DNA from: Thermoanaerobaculia bacterium
GTDB lineage: Bacteria; Acidobacteriota; Thermoanaerobaculia; UBA5066
Length of the DNA stretch: 64,000 nucleotides
Assembly: GCA_038245905.1 (NCBI GenBank)
Contig: JBBRRY010000002.1
Location: forward strand, 128,001 to 192,000
Direction: 5' to 3'
In this document: positions 26,331 through 36,804 of the stretch, one piece after another
How positions within the stretch are numbered: the first letter of the stretch is position 1
Layout: every line of letters starts with the position of its first letter
Translations under genes and position numbers: made by a program
The notes under the pieces: model-generated
What the model saw: the letters and a program-made list of their open reading frames with translations, nothing else
What the model was told of the DNA's origin: nothing
Databases searched by the model: none

Positions 26331-27095
26331 ATGCGTCGCGCGGCCGCCGCCCTGGCGGCCGTCGCGCTTTTCACGGCCTCCCCGGCCGCCGCCGCGAAGA
26401 AGAAGCGGAAGGCGCCGGAGCCGACGGCGGTGCCGCGCCCGCCGGACCCGTATCGCGTCACGATTATGACGGCCGACGGCGTCGCCCTCGCGGCATCGTT
26501 CCGGCCCGTCGACGGCAGAGAGAAAGCGCCCGGCGTCCTCCTCATCCACGACTTCTCGCGCGAGCGCCGCGAGTGGGAGCCATTCGCCGAGGAGCTTCAC
26601 GGTCTCGGCTTCGCGACGCTTTCCTTCGACCTCCGCGCCCACGGCGAGTCGACGAAGAAGGCCGCCGCAAAGGTCGGACTCTCCCCCCGCCTCCTCACCG
26701 ACCCGGCCGGCTTCCCGCGCGACGTGGCGGCCGCGGCGGCGTGGCTCCGCGAGAAGACGCCGAAGACGGCGGCCGTCGGACTCTCGGTCGGCGGCTACCT
26801 CGCGCTCCTCGCCTCGTCACGCGGCCAGGTGGACGCCGCCGTGGCCATCTCGGTCAACGAGCCGCGCGTCGTGCGGCTCGCGGGGGGAGAGTCCGTGACG
26901 CCGCGCGGCGCCCTCATGCTCGCGTGCGACCAGGATCCCGGCCGCGCGGACTCCGCGAAGAAGCTCCTCGCGGCATCCGCCGAGCCGAAGCGCATGCTCC
27001 TGTTTCCCGGTCGCTCTCACAACCTCGCCGTGCTCCGCGAGCACCCCGAGGCGAAGGCCGCGGTGCTCGCGTGGCTCGCCGAGCGCCTCAAGTAA
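26331..27095 (+). CDS. Secreted alpha/beta hydrolase
   Basis: Signal peptide; FDLRAHGES, GLSVGG nucleophile elbow, C-terminal His (RSHN). Confidence 0.8.
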   Translation: MRRAAAALAAVALFTASPAAAAKKKRKAPEPTAVPRPPDPYRVTIMTADGVALAASFRPVDGREKAPGVLLIHDFSRERREWEPFAEELHGLGFATLSFDLRAHGESTKKAAAKVGLSPRLLTDPAGFPRDVAAAAAWLREKTPKTAAVGLSVGGYLALLASSRGQVDAAVAISVNEPRVVRLAGGESVTPRGALMLACDQDPGRADSAKKLLAASAEPKRMLLFPGRSHNLAVLREHPEAKAAVLAWLAERLK

Positions 27096-27106
27096 GCTCC
27101 TGCCCC

Positions 27107-27796
27107 GTGAAGACCGTCGTCTTCGACATCGAGACGGTGTCGTTTCCCTGGCTCGAGCTGGACTCTCTCCAGCGCGAGAAGCTGACGCGGTATTCGGAAG
27201 ACCACGAGGATTTTCTTAGAAGGAAGGCGGGGGGATCGTTCTCGCCTTACACCGGGAAGATCGTGGTCATCGCGATGCTGAATCCCGAGACAGGCAAGGG
27301 CGTGGTCTGGTACGAGGCTCCGGAGCGGCGCGACGCGAAATCGGAGGACGGCTTTTTCGACATCGTCGGATGTTCCGAAAAGGAGATGCTCCTCGAGTTC
27401 TGGACCGCTCTCTCGAAGTTCGACCGCTTCGTCACCTTCAACGGCCGCACGTTCGACGGGCCGTTCCTCTCCGTGCGCAGCGCGATCCACGCTCTTACAC
27501 CTTCAAAGAATCTCCTCGGCTACCGGTACTCGATGGAGACGCACGTCGACCTGCTGGAGATCCTGACGTTCCAGGGCGCCGTCTCCCGCGACCAGACGCC
27601 CACCCTCCACTCCGCCTGCGTCGCGTTCGGCATCCCGTCGCCCAAGACCGCCGAGATGCACGGCTACGCCGTCGGGGACGCCTACCGCGAGGGGCGTCTC
27701 GGCGAGGTCGCCGCCTACTGCCGGAAGGACGTCGAGGCGACGGCGGCGCTCTTCAAGCGTCTCGAGACGACGCTCTTGCCGCTCTTCAAACGCTGA
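27107..27796 (+). CDS. DnaQ/PolB-like 3'-5' exonuclease (DEDDy)
   Basis: FDIET, TFNGRTFD, HVDL, YCRKDV. Confidence 0.85.
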   Translation: MKTVVFDIETVSFPWLELDSLQREKLTRYSEDHEDFLRRKAGGSFSPYTGKIVVIAMLNPETGKGVVWYEAPERRDAKSEDGFFDIVGCSEKEMLLEFWTALSKFDRFVTFNGRTFDGPFLSVRSAIHALTPSKNLLGYRYSMETHVDLLEILTFQGAVSRDQTPTLHSACVAFGIPSPKTAEMHGYAVGDAYREGRLGEVAAYCRKDVEATAALFKRLETTLLPLFKR

Positions 27797-27851
27797 GTTC
27801 GGCCGCAAGATGCGGGGAGAGGAAAGGCCTTCCTCGCCACACATTCCCGGC

Positions 27852-28928
27852 ATGATGATCACCGCGATGCCCCGCCCAACCTCCTCCGACCCCCGCACCG
27901 GCTGGAAGGCCGTCGCGGCCCGTGACGCTTCCGAGGACGGCCGATTCGTCTTCGCCGTCGTGACGACCGGCGTCTACTGCCGCCCGTCCTGCGCGGCCCG
28001 CCGCCCGAACCGGGAGAACGTGAGGTTCTTCGCCGGTCCCGGCGAGGCCGAGGCCGCGGGCTTCCGCGCCTGCCTGCGCTGCAAGCCCGCGACGACCGAG
28101 CCGCCCGCGGCCGTCAAGGCCGTCCAGCGCGCCGTCGCGTTCCTCGAGACGCATGCGGACGAGACCGTGCCGCTCGCGACGCTCGCGCGCGCGGCGGGCC
28201 TCTCGCCCTTCCACCTCCACAGGACGTTCAAGAAGCTGGTCGGCGTCACACCGAAGCGATACGCGGACGCCCAGCGCGCCGACCGCCTCAAGGCGCTCCT
28301 CAAGAGCGGGTCGGACGTCGCGGCTGCAGGATTCGAAGCCGGCTACGGCTCCTCGAGCCGCGCGTACGCGCACTCTTCGGAGCGCCTTGGCATGACGCCC
28401 GCCCGGTATGCGCGCGGAGGCGGGGGGCTGCACGTCCGCTGGGCGGTCGTTGCGACGCCGCTTGGGCGGCTCCTCGTCGGTGCGACGGACCGCGGCGTCT
28501 GCGCCGTCACGCTCGGCGATTCGGACCGCGCGCTCGAAGCGGGCCTGAGGCGCGAGTACCCGGAGGCGATTCTCGAGAACGCGCCGGGCCACCTCGCCGC
28601 GTGGACGGCGACGATCGCCTCCTCTCTCGCCGGCGCGGCGGACCTCTCCGCGATTCCCCTCGACCTCCGCGCGACGACGTTTCAGCGGCGCGTCTTCGAG
28701 GCGCTCCGGAGGATTCCGCGCGGCGAGACGCGGTCGTATTCCGAGCTCGCGGCCGCGCTCGGGGAGCCAACGGCCGTCCGCGCCGTCGCCTCGGCCTGCG
28801 CGAAGAACCCGGCGGCCCTCGTCGTCCCCTGTCACCGCATCGTCCGGAGCGACGGATCGCTCGGCGGCTACCGGTGGGGCGTCAGACGGAAGCGCGAGCT
28901 CCTGAAACGTGAAAGCGGGCGGCCCTGA
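27852..28928 (+). CDS. ada: Bifunctional regulator / O6-methylguanine-DNA methyltransferase Ada
   Basis: TTGVYCRPSC, GFRACLRC, AraC HTH, PCHR active site. Confidence 0.93.
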   Translation: MMITAMPRPTSSDPRTGWKAVAARDASEDGRFVFAVVTTGVYCRPSCAARRPNRENVRFFAGPGEAEAAGFRACLRCKPATTEPPAAVKAVQRAVAFLETHADETVPLATLARAAGLSPFHLHRTFKKLVGVTPKRYADAQRADRLKALLKSGSDVAAAGFEAGYGSSSRAYAHSSERLGMTPARYARGGGGLHVRWAVVATPLGRLLVGATDRGVCAVTLGDSDRALEAGLRREYPEAILENAPGHLAAWTATIASSLAGAADLSAIPLDLRATTFQRRVFEALRRIPRGETRSYSELAAALGEPTAVRAVASACAKNPAALVVPCHRIVRSDGSLGGYRWGVRRKRELLKRESGRP

Positions 28929-28959
28929 GACCGCCCGCCATCCGTGTCGCCGGCCCGGC

Positions 28960-29517
28960 TCAGCGCCAGAAGCCTTCGACCTGGAAACCGTCGTCGTCGT
29001 CGTAGCCCGGAACCCACGCGGCGCCGGAGAAGGGCGGCTGCGCCCAGCCGAGATCGTCGATGTAGACGTAGCCGGGTCCGGGGCAGGCGTTGTAGAAGCG
29101 GAAGCCCGAGAAGACCCGGAACGGCGCGGCGTACCCCGCGTACCCGCGGCGAACGTAGGAACGGCCGGGCGAGACGTACGCGTGGCCGTAATTGCGATAG
29201 CCGCGGTCGGCGCCGTAGCCGCGATACCCGTGGTTGCCGTAGTTGCCGCGGTAGCCGTAGTTTCCGCCGCGGTTCCCGTAATTGCCGTAGCCGTGCTCGC
29301 GCCGCTCTTCGCGGAACTCCTGCCGCGGCGACTCGTAGCCGCGCCCGCGGAACTCCGGGCCATGCCCCCCCTGTCGCCCCTGGATCATCTCCTTCATCTG
29401 GTGTGGCGACGGAGGCAGCGGGAAGCCCTTCCACTGGGCGGCCGCCTTCGGAGCGCTCACCGTCAGGGCCGCGAGGGCCGCGGCGGACAGCGTCAGGTTG
29501 CGCATCGTGTTGTTCAT
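28960..29517 (-). CDS. Secreted Gly/Tyr/Arg-rich low-complexity protein
   Basis: GAGAGG RBS; signal peptide; GYGNYGNRGGNYGYRGNYG repeats; C-terminal WVPGY...GFWR. Confidence 0.7.
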   Translation of the reverse strand: MNNTMRNLTLSAAALAALTVSAPKAAAQWKGFPLPPSPHQMKEMIQGRQGGHGPEFRGRGYESPRQEFREERREHGYGNYGNRGGNYGYRGNYGNHGYRGYGADRGYRNYGHAYVSPGRSYVRRGYAGYAAPFRVFSGFRFYNACPGPGYVYIDDLGWAQPPFSGAAWVPGYDDDDGFQVEGFWR

Positions 29518-29683
29518 GATCGGCCTCTCTTTCTGCCCTGGGCTTTCGCCCCGGACATCCGGACAGTTGCAAGGCCGTGCCAGCCGCAACCCCGTGATCC
29601 CCATCACCCGCCGCACGCTTTCGTGCAGCCGGAAGAGGACGGTGCACGTTTCCGTGACTCTAGGCGGCTACGCGGCTACGCCC

Positions 29684-31714
29684 CTACGCCTCGAGGTCTT
29701 TCCGCGCGTTCTTGACGAGCAGGAAGCAGAGGCCGGCGAAAACGATCGCCCCGAGAACGTCTCCGGGGATGCCGTTCTTGATCGCAGGATAGAAGTGCTC
29801 TCCGATGTCCAGCTTCTCGAGAAGCGTCGGCTTGTCCATGTGGAGGACGGCGTCGCCGAGGAACGCCACGACCGCGATGAGAACGCCGCCCAGCGACCCT
29901 CCCGCGACGAGACCGGTGGCGTAGAGCATTCCCGAAGAAAGATCGCCTTCTTCCTTCTCCTTCTCCTTCTCTTTTTTCTTCTCCTTCTTGTGCCGCATCT
30001 TGTCCGCGATCGACTTCATCTGGCCGCCGATGAAGATGGGCAATGTCGTCGAGAGCGGGAGGTACGCGCCCACGGCCCATGACAAGGCGTGGGCCCCCGC
30101 CATCTGCGCCATGAACGCGAGGAACACACCCACGAGAACGGGTGCCCAGGGCAGGTTCTGGGCGAGGAGGCCCTTGATGATCGTGGCCATCAGCGTGGCC
30201 TGCGGCGCCGGAAGCGCCGACGTCCCGATGCCGTGCGCCTCGCCGCCCGCGTACGTCCGATCGAGGAGGAACAGCGTGCCGCCGATGACGACCGTCGAGA
30301 CGAGAACACCGATGATGAAGCCGATCTGCTGACGGCGGGGCGTGGCGCCCACGATGTAGCCCGTCTTCAGGTCCTGCGACGTGGCGCCCGCGTTCGCCGC
30401 CGCGATGCAGACGAGCGCGCCGACGCAGAGGGCGACCGACTGATAGACGTCGCCCGTGCGGCCGATCAGGACGAAGACGACACACGTCCCCATGAGGGTC
30501 GCGATCGTCATGCCCGAGATCGGGTTCGAGGACGTGCCGATGATGCCGACGATGCGGCTCGCCACGGTCACGAAGAAGAAGCCGAAGACGACGACGAGGA
30601 GCGACATGACGAGCGAGCCCGGGAACGGCCCGTGAGGGATTCCCGGAAGAACCGCGATCAGGAGCGCGAGAACGATCGAACCCACCACGACGATACCCAT
30701 CCCGAGGTCGTCGTCCGTGCGGACCTTCTTTGCCGTGCCGGCGCCCGCGCCGATACTCTTCACGGACTCCCGGAACGCCCCAATGATGGTCGGCAGTGTC
30801 TTGATGAGCGTCATCACGCCGGCACACGCGACGGCGCCCGCGCCGATGTAGCGAACGTACGCGCGGTAGATCCACTCCGCGTGCGTGTGGCCGTTCCGCC
30901 AGGCCTCGGAGAAGCCCAGCTTCGAGAGGTCCTCCACGAGGCGCGTCTCGGGCACGAAGATGGAGATGAGCGGGATGAGAGCGAGCCACGAGAGGACGCC
31001 TCCCGAGGCGAGCTCGCCGGCGATCTTCGGCCCGATGATGTAGCCGAGGCCCAGGTACTCCGGCGTGACGGCGCAGGAGAGCGTGGCGTCGGGAATCGTC
31101 CCGTTCTTCCCCGTGCGAAACCACGTCGCCGTCTCGTTCCACAGGCCGACGATGCCGTACATGAACTTGTAGAGCATCGAGATGCCCACGCCCGCGAAGA
31201 CCATCTTCGCGAGGTCGCCGCCCTTCTCACCCGCGATGAGGACGTCGGCGCAGGCCGTGCCCTCGGGATAGGGCAGGGTGCCGTGCTCCTTGACGATGAG
31301 AGGCCGGCGGAGCGGAATCATGAAGAGAACGCCGAGCGTGCCCCCGATCGCCGCGAGGAGGAAGATGACGGAGTACTTGAAGTAGTCGGCCCCGTTCGAG
31401 AGGAAGAGGAGCGCGGGCACCGTGAAGACGACGCCGGCCGCGACCGACTCGCCGGCCGAGCCGATCGTCTGCACCATGTTGTTCTCGAGGATCGTGGACT
31501 TCCCGAGCTTCTTGAAGACCGCGATCGAGAGCACGGCGATGGGTACCGACGCGGAGACCGTCAGGCCGGCGCGCAGCGCGAGATACACCGTGGCCGCGCC
31601 GAAGATGATGCCGAAGAACGACCCGAGGAGGATCGCCTTCAGCGTGAACTCCGGGACCTCCGCGTCCGCCGCGATGTACGGCTTGAAGTCCTGCCCGCTG
31701 CCGGGTGCGCTCAT
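29684..31714 (-). CDS. OPT-family oligopeptide transporter
   Basis: ENNMVQT.GSAGES, LPYPEG.A, SSNPISGMTI, QDLKTG, PAPQATLM. Confidence 0.93.
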   Translation of the reverse strand: MSAPGSGQDFKPYIAADAEVPEFTLKAILLGSFFGIIFGAATVYLALRAGLTVSASVPIAVLSIAVFKKLGKSTILENNMVQTIGSAGESVAAGVVFTVPALLFLSNGADYFKYSVIFLLAAIGGTLGVLFMIPLRRPLIVKEHGTLPYPEGTACADVLIAGEKGGDLAKMVFAGVGISMLYKFMYGIVGLWNETATWFRTGKNGTIPDATLSCAVTPEYLGLGYIIGPKIAGELASGGVLSWLALIPLISIFVPETRLVEDLSKLGFSEAWRNGHTHAEWIYRAYVRYIGAGAVACAGVMTLIKTLPTIIGAFRESVKSIGAGAGTAKKVRTDDDLGMGIVVVGSIVLALLIAVLPGIPHGPFPGSLVMSLLVVVFGFFFVTVASRIVGIIGTSSNPISGMTIATLMGTCVVFVLIGRTGDVYQSVALCVGALVCIAAANAGATSQDLKTGYIVGATPRRQQIGFIIGVLVSTVVIGGTLFLLDRTYAGGEAHGIGTSALPAPQATLMATIIKGLLAQNLPWAPVLVGVFLAFMAQMAGAHALSWAVGAYLPLSTTLPIFIGGQMKSIADKMRHKKEKKKEKEKEKEEGDLSSGMLYATGLVAGGSLGGVLIAVVAFLGDAVLHMDKPTLLEKLDIGEHFYPAIKNGIPGDVLGAIVFAGLCFLLVKNARKDLEA

Positions 31715-31820
31715 GCGTCTATCCTCCTCACGTCATCTGGAAACTGCCGGGGAGTCTGCCATTCCCCGAGGCGCATTGTCGAACGCGGCCGGGCGCGGAA
31801 GGGAGCCTATACTCTCACGC

Positions 31821-32231
31821 ATGAACCCCACCGTCCTCGTCCTCGCGGACGATCTGTTCTGGAAGACCAAGATCGAGCACACGCTGAAGTCGGCGCAGGC
31901 GACCGGCGTCTTCATCGACAAGTCGGATCAGCTTGCGGCGAAGGCCGACCCCCGCTCCGTGGGCCTCGTCATCGTCGACCTGGCGCTCCGCGACGACCCG
32001 TTCACGGCGATCGCGACCCTGAAGAAGAACGCGAAGACGAAGAGCATCGCGGTCGTGGGCTACTACGAGCACGTCCGCAAGGACCTTCTGGAAAAGGGCG
32101 GGAAGGCCGGCTGCGACCAGGTCCTCCCCCGCGCGGCCTTCTCCCAGCACCTGGGCGACATCGTCATGAAGTACGCCCTCCCCGGCGGCGTCCGCGCCGA
32201 AGAAGAAGAGAACGACCTGCCGGAGGAGTAG
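31821..32231 (+). CDS. Atypical receiver (CheY-like) domain protein
   Basis: VLVLADD, VIVDL, AGCDQVLPR; TATACT 7 nt upstream of ATG. Confidence 0.65.
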   Translation: MNPTVLVLADDLFWKTKIEHTLKSAQATGVFIDKSDQLAAKADPRSVGLVIVDLALRDDPFTAIATLKKNAKTKSIAVVGYYEHVRKDLLEKGGKAGCDQVLPRAAFSQHLGDIVMKYALPGGVRAEEEENDLPEE

Positions 32232-32268
32232 CGCGCCGGGCCGGGTGATCTCAGCTATCGTTCCGCCC

Positions 32269-33372
32269 ATGCCGACTACACGCCGCCGCTTCCTCGAGGC
32301 CGCCGCCGCGGCCTCCGTCGCCACCGTCCTGCCCTCTTCGCCCTTCGAAGAGGAACTCGAGGCGCAGAGCCCCGCCACGCCGGGAACAGCTCCCGCCGCC
32401 GACGGCTACGTCCTCGTAACGTCCGCCAACGGCGTCGAGGCCGCGAAAGCTGCGCGGCAGGCGCTCATCCAGGGCTACGACCCCCTCGACGCCGCGATCG
32501 CGGGCGTGAACATCAACGAGCTGGACCCGAACGACATGAGCGTCGGGTACGGCGGCGTCCCGAACGAGGAAGGCGTCGTCCAGCTCGACGCGTGCGTCAT
32601 GGACGGGCGGACGATGCGCGCGGGCGCCGTCGGAGCGATGGAAGGGTGCAAGACGCCCTCGAAGCTCGCGAAGCTCGTCATGGAGCGCACCGACCGCGTC
32701 TTCCTCGTCGGGGAAGGCGCGCGGAAGTTCGCGACGGCGCACGGCTATCCGGTCGAAGACCTCCTCACGGCGAAGACGCGGAAGATCTGGCTCTACTGGA
32801 AAGAGCGCCTCTCGGACACGGACGACTGGATCGAGGCCGGCAAGGAAGCCGAGGACCCCGACATCAAGGAGTTCATCAAGAAGTACGGCAACGAGTACTT
32901 CCGGCCGCAGGGCACGATCCACATGTCCGTCCGAAGCGCCAAGGGCGATCTCGTGGGCGTCACGACGACGTCCGGGCTCTTCTTCAAGATTCCGGGCCGA
33001 CTCGGCGACTCGCCCGTCGTCGGCGCTGGCATCTACAGCGAGAATGGCGTCGGCAGCTGCGGATCGACGGGGCGCGGCGAAGCGAACCTCGTGACCTGCG
33101 GCTCCCATACGGTCGTCGAGTTCATGCGGCAGGGGAAGAGCGTCGAAGACGCGTGCCTCCTGGCTCTCAAGCGTATCTCCGAGAAGACCCACCTCGTCCC
33201 TCGCCACCGCGACGCGCAAGGGCGGCCGAAGTTCAACGTCAACTTCTATGCGGTCGACGCGAAGGGCAAGACCGCCGGTGCCGCGATCTGGAGCGGCAAC
33301 AAGCACGTCGTGGGGAACAACGACGGGGTGAAGGTGCTGGAGTCGGCGTATCTGTACAAGCGGGATAAGTAG
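32269..33372 (+). CDS. Tat-exported glycosylasparaginase / Ntn-hydrolase
   Basis: TRRRFL Tat motif; SVGYGG.P, LDACVMDG, GTI (Thr nucleophile), TSGL..KIPGRLGDSP, STGRGE. Confidence 0.9.
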   Translation: MPTTRRRFLEAAAAASVATVLPSSPFEEELEAQSPATPGTAPAADGYVLVTSANGVEAAKAARQALIQGYDPLDAAIAGVNINELDPNDMSVGYGGVPNEEGVVQLDACVMDGRTMRAGAVGAMEGCKTPSKLAKLVMERTDRVFLVGEGARKFATAHGYPVEDLLTAKTRKIWLYWKERLSDTDDWIEAGKEAEDPDIKEFIKKYGNEYFRPQGTIHMSVRSAKGDLVGVTTTSGLFFKIPGRLGDSPVVGAGIYSENGVGSCGSTGRGEANLVTCGSHTVVEFMRQGKSVEDACLLALKRISEKTHLVPRHRDAQGRPKFNVNFYAVDAKGKTAGAAIWSGNKHVVGNNDGVKVLESAYLYKRDK

Positions 33373-33390
33373 CAGCCCGTCTGGTGTCGG

Positions 33391-34254
33391 CTAAGGTTGC
33401 GACGTCAGCCCCACCGCATCCACCACCGGCCGCTCGCGGCCGGGGATGCGATCGTGGATCGGGACGTTGACGACCTTCGGGCCTGAGCCGGTGTTCACGA
33501 CGAGCGTGGAAGACCCGCCGCCGTCGAGGTTGATCGCGTCCGTGGCGCCGAGGCCCTGGAGCATCTCCTTCAGCTCGTCCAGCGTCGCACCTTCGCTCAC
33601 GCCTTCCTGCCGCCCGTCCGCGACGAGAAGCCAGACCTTCTTCTTCGCCGCGTCCACGCCAACCGCCGTCCGCGGGTGGCGGAGTGACTTGAAGATCTTG
33701 TCCGCGAACTCCGTGTCCATCCGCTGACCCCCGAGGAGCAGCACCGGGCCGGAGGCGACGCCGTACGCCGCGCCCTTGCACTGGAATCCCTTCTCGACGC
33801 GCGCGGTGCGCCCGTCGAGGCAGAGCGCCCCGTCGATGAGCGTCGAGCCCTTCCCTTTCGCAACCGTCTTCCCCTCGAGGATCAGCCCTCCAACGACCTC
33901 GGCGCGCTCGCCCGCCCGTGGGTACTTGCCGTCGGGCACCCGGAAGAAACTCGCGTTCACGGCGAGCGAGAGCCGGTGCCGCACAGCGAGATCGCGAACA
34001 GTCGTCGCGACGAGATTCCCCTCTGCATCGCGATTGGCGACGACCATCAGCACACCCGGCGCCTCCGCGAGGTCGATCGCGACGACGTGCGCGACGAGCG
34101 GGGTCGGCAACGCCCGCGCGATCGTCCGCACTTCGACCCCCGGGATCTCCGGAGCGGGCGCCGCCGCGACTGGCGCGGCGATGCGCGACGAGGGCTCGGG
34201 CGTGCAGGAAAAGAGAGTGAGGAGCGCGGGCAGGCCCGCGTGGAGCCTCTTCAA
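33391..34254 (-). CDS. Phosphodiester glycosidase (NAGPA/DUF2233) family, probable lipoprotein
   Basis: AVNASFF, HPRTAVG, DGRQ, AINLDGGGSS; LFSC lipobox-like; TTG start overlaps vapC stop. Confidence 0.82.
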   Translation of the reverse strand: MKRLHAGLPALLTLFSCTPEPSSRIAAPVAAAPAPEIPGVEVRTIARALPTPLVAHVVAIDLAEAPGVLMVVANRDAEGNLVATTVRDLAVRHRLSLAVNASFFRVPDGKYPRAGERAEVVGGLILEGKTVAKGKGSTLIDGALCLDGRTARVEKGFQCKGAAYGVASGPVLLLGGQRMDTEFADKIFKSLRHPRTAVGVDAAKKKVWLLVADGRQEGVSEGATLDELKEMLQGLGATDAINLDGGGSSTLVVNTGSGPKVVNVPIHDRIPGRERPVVDAVGLTSQP

Positions 34255-34691
34255 GCGCGTGGCGACGTCGCGCCAAGCCGCGCCTGGGCGAGCACGCGAC
34301 AGAGAACGAGGCCGGGAACTCTCTCGAAATGCCGGATATTGCCCGTGACGAGCTCGAGACGGTGGCGGATCGCGGTCGCGGCGATCTGGAGATCGGCGTC
34401 CGCGAGAGGGCGGCCGCCCTTCTTCAGCCCGGCCTCGATCTCGCCGTAAACGCGCGCAACGGCCACGTCGAATGGGAGGACCGTGACCCTGGGCAACATG
34501 CGCCTCTCGATGTTCTCGAGGTGGAATCGGGCTCGCTCGGACCGAAACGCCCCCTTGTAGAGCTCCGCCGCGACGACCGCGCTCGTGAACTGGTCCTCGC
34601 GCGGCACGGTTCGAAGCCACTCGAGGTATGCAGGTGCGGGCCGCTTCCGAAGGACCTCGGAAATGGCGTCGGTGTCGAAGAGAAAGGCCAC
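34251..34691 (-). CDS. vapC: VapC PIN-domain toxin
   Basis: FDTDAISE, AEL..G, DLQIAATA, LVTGN.RHF. Confidence 0.9.
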   Translation of the reverse strand: MAFLFDTDAISEVLRKRPAPAYLEWLRTVPREDQFTSAVVAAELYKGAFRSERARFHLENIERRMLPRVTVLPFDVAVARVYGEIEAGLKKGGRPLADADLQIAATAIRHRLELVTGNIRHFERVPGLVLCRVLAQARLGATSPRA

Positions 34692-34985
34692 TCAGCTCCC
34701 GAGGCGTGGCCGCCGGCGCGGAGGAGACCTTCGGATCGCGCTCGTGTGCGCGACGAGCTCCTCAGAGCCGCTCCAACCACCCGCGACGGCCGCGAGGCCC
34801 TTTTCCGGCCCGGCGGCCCGGAGCCGGTTGACCCGCTCGGCATCCTTTGCGGGCACGACCGCCGCAACGTCCCTGCCGTGCCGCCGGATCATGACGATGG
34901 CGCCGGCCTCGGCTTCGCGGACGACCTCGGAGAAGCGTGCCTTCGCTTCGACGACGGAAACGAGACGAATCGGGTGGGCGCTCAT
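34692..34985 (-). CDS. Phd/YefM-family antitoxin
   Basis: EAKARFSEVV..AE.G..V.I.RHGR.VAAVVP; directly upstream of vapC. Confidence 0.85.
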   Translation of the reverse strand: MSAHPIRLVSVVEAKARFSEVVREAEAGAIVMIRRHGRDVAAVVPAKDAERVNRLRAAGPEKGLAAVAGGWSGSEELVAHTSAIRRSPPRRRPRLGS

Positions 34986-35029
34986 ATGACCTTTCTGGTC
35001 ATTATGATCTTTCAGGGCCGTTTCTTCAA
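34986..35029 (-). promoter_or_regulatory. Promoter and inverted-repeat operator of phd-vapC
   Basis: TTGAAG-N17-CATAAT on minus strand; ATGACC-N5-GGTCAT palindrome at 34986-35002. Confidence 0.6.
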
Positions 35030-35062
35030 CGGAAGGCGGTGACTCCACCGCGGGCCGGGGTC

Positions 35063-35102
35063 TTGATCTGCGATCCATATTCTTGTACAGTACCCGTGTA
35101 CA
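35063..35102 (+). promoter_or_regulatory. Promoter and TGTACA operators of yefM-yoeB
   Basis: TTGATC-N17-TACAGT; TGTACA at 35084-35089 and 35097-35102, the core recognised by E. coli YefM. Confidence 0.72.
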
Positions 35103-35111
35103 TGTGACGCA

Positions 35112-35408
35112 ATGGCCATCGAAACGACCTACACACACGCCCGCGCCCACTTCGCCTCGCTCTGCGACGCGGTCATTCAGGATCGCAATTCCGTGATCAT
35201 CCGCCGGCGCGGCGCCGAGGATGTTGCGCTCGTGTCAGCGGCGGAGCTCAGGAGCCTCGAGGAAACCGCGCACCTTCTTCGGTCGCCAAAGAACGCGGCC
35301 CGGCTCCTCGCGGCCCTCAGCAGAGCGACGAGCCGCAGGTTGAAGCCCTCCTCGCCGGGTGCTCTCCGGACGAAGCTCGGCCTTCGTCCGGCGCGTCCAG
35401 GGCGTTGA
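35112..35408 (+). CDS. yefM: YefM antitoxin
   Basis: TYTHARAHFA, SLEETAHLLRSPKNAARL. Confidence 0.9.
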   Translation: MAIETTYTHARAHFASLCDAVIQDRNSVIIRRRGAEDVALVSAAELRSLEETAHLLRSPKNAARLLAALSRATSRRLKPSSPGALRTKLGLRPARPGR

Positions 35409-35674
35409 GCAGCGGGAAGCGACTCGCCGTCTTCCACCAGGAATTCCTGGAGGATCTTCGTTTCTGGGTGGACACGAATCGGAAGACCGCGCTGCGGGCT
35501 CTCGATCTCGTCGAAGAAATTCTCCGTGATCCCTTCGAAGGGATCGGAAAGCCGGAGCCGCTCAGACACCTCTACAAGGGGGCCTGGTCGCGCCGCCTGA
35601 CCGAGGAACACCGGCTGGTCTACCTTGTCCGGGAGGACCGCATCGACTTCCTTCAGGCGCGCTACCACTATTGA
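35405..35674 (+). CDS. yoeB: YoeB/Txe toxin
   Basis: PFEGIGKPEPL, WSRRL..EHRLVY, C-terminal RYHY. Confidence 0.92.
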   Translation: MSSGKRLAVFHQEFLEDLRFWVDTNRKTALRALDLVEEILRDPFEGIGKPEPLRHLYKGAWSRRLTEEHRLVYLVREDRIDFLQARYHY

Positions 35675-35692
35675 GCGCGACGAAGCCGCGGG

Positions 35693-36277
<585 letters not shown>

Positions 36278-36282
36278 GGCGG

Positions 36283-36777
36283 CTACTCGCGGAAGAGGCT
36301 GTCGATGTCTTCGTCGGTGATCTCGGCGAAGGGCGAGTCGTAGCCCTCCTGGCGCCGCGTCTTCTCGCTCTCGACTTTCTTCTGGATCGTGTCGAAGATG
36401 CGCTCGAGCTCGCTGTTCGCCTTGCGCACCCGGAGGCGCACGAGGCCGAGGGACGAGCGTTCGTCGAAGATGACGACGAGGATGACCCGCTGTCCGACGA
36501 TCGAGATGTAGACGTTGTCGCGCTCACCCTCGTGGAACAGGACCGGAAATTCCTTCTCGCCGATGAGGCGCGCGAGGCCGTCCGTCGCGGCCACGTTGCC
36601 GGCCGTGAGCGAGGCGAGTGACGTCGTGTCGAGGGATTCCATGTCGCCCATGGCCGCGATCTGCTGCCCGTTTTTGTCGACGATGAAGACGACTTTCGCC
36701 TGCGCGTCCGCCTTCAGACGTCCGATGACGTCCTTGATCTGATGAAACTCCTCGTCAAACAGAATGAAATCGGACAT
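36283..36777 (-). CDS. mglB: MglB roadblock/LC7 GAP
   Basis: [50 protein letters not shown]. Confidence 0.93.
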   Translation of the reverse strand: MSDFILFDEEFHQIKDVIGRLKADAQAKVVFIVDKNGQQIAAMGDMESLDTTSLASLTAGNVAATDGLARLIGEKEFPVLFHEGERDNVYISIVGQRVILVVIFDERSSLGLVRLRVRKANSELERIFDTIQKKVESEKTRRQEGYDSPFAEITDEDIDSLFRE

Positions 36778-36804
36778 GGGCCTTCGAGGGCCAAGTCTAC
36801 CCGA

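Noticed and set aside
29567-29582. Sigma54-like TGGCAC-GGCC-TTGCA on minus strand
   Set aside because: GG-to-GC spacing is 9 rather than the strict 10 nt
29945-29990. Pyrimidine-rich TTCTCC repeats
   Set aside because: Encodes a Lys/Glu-rich loop of the OPT transporter
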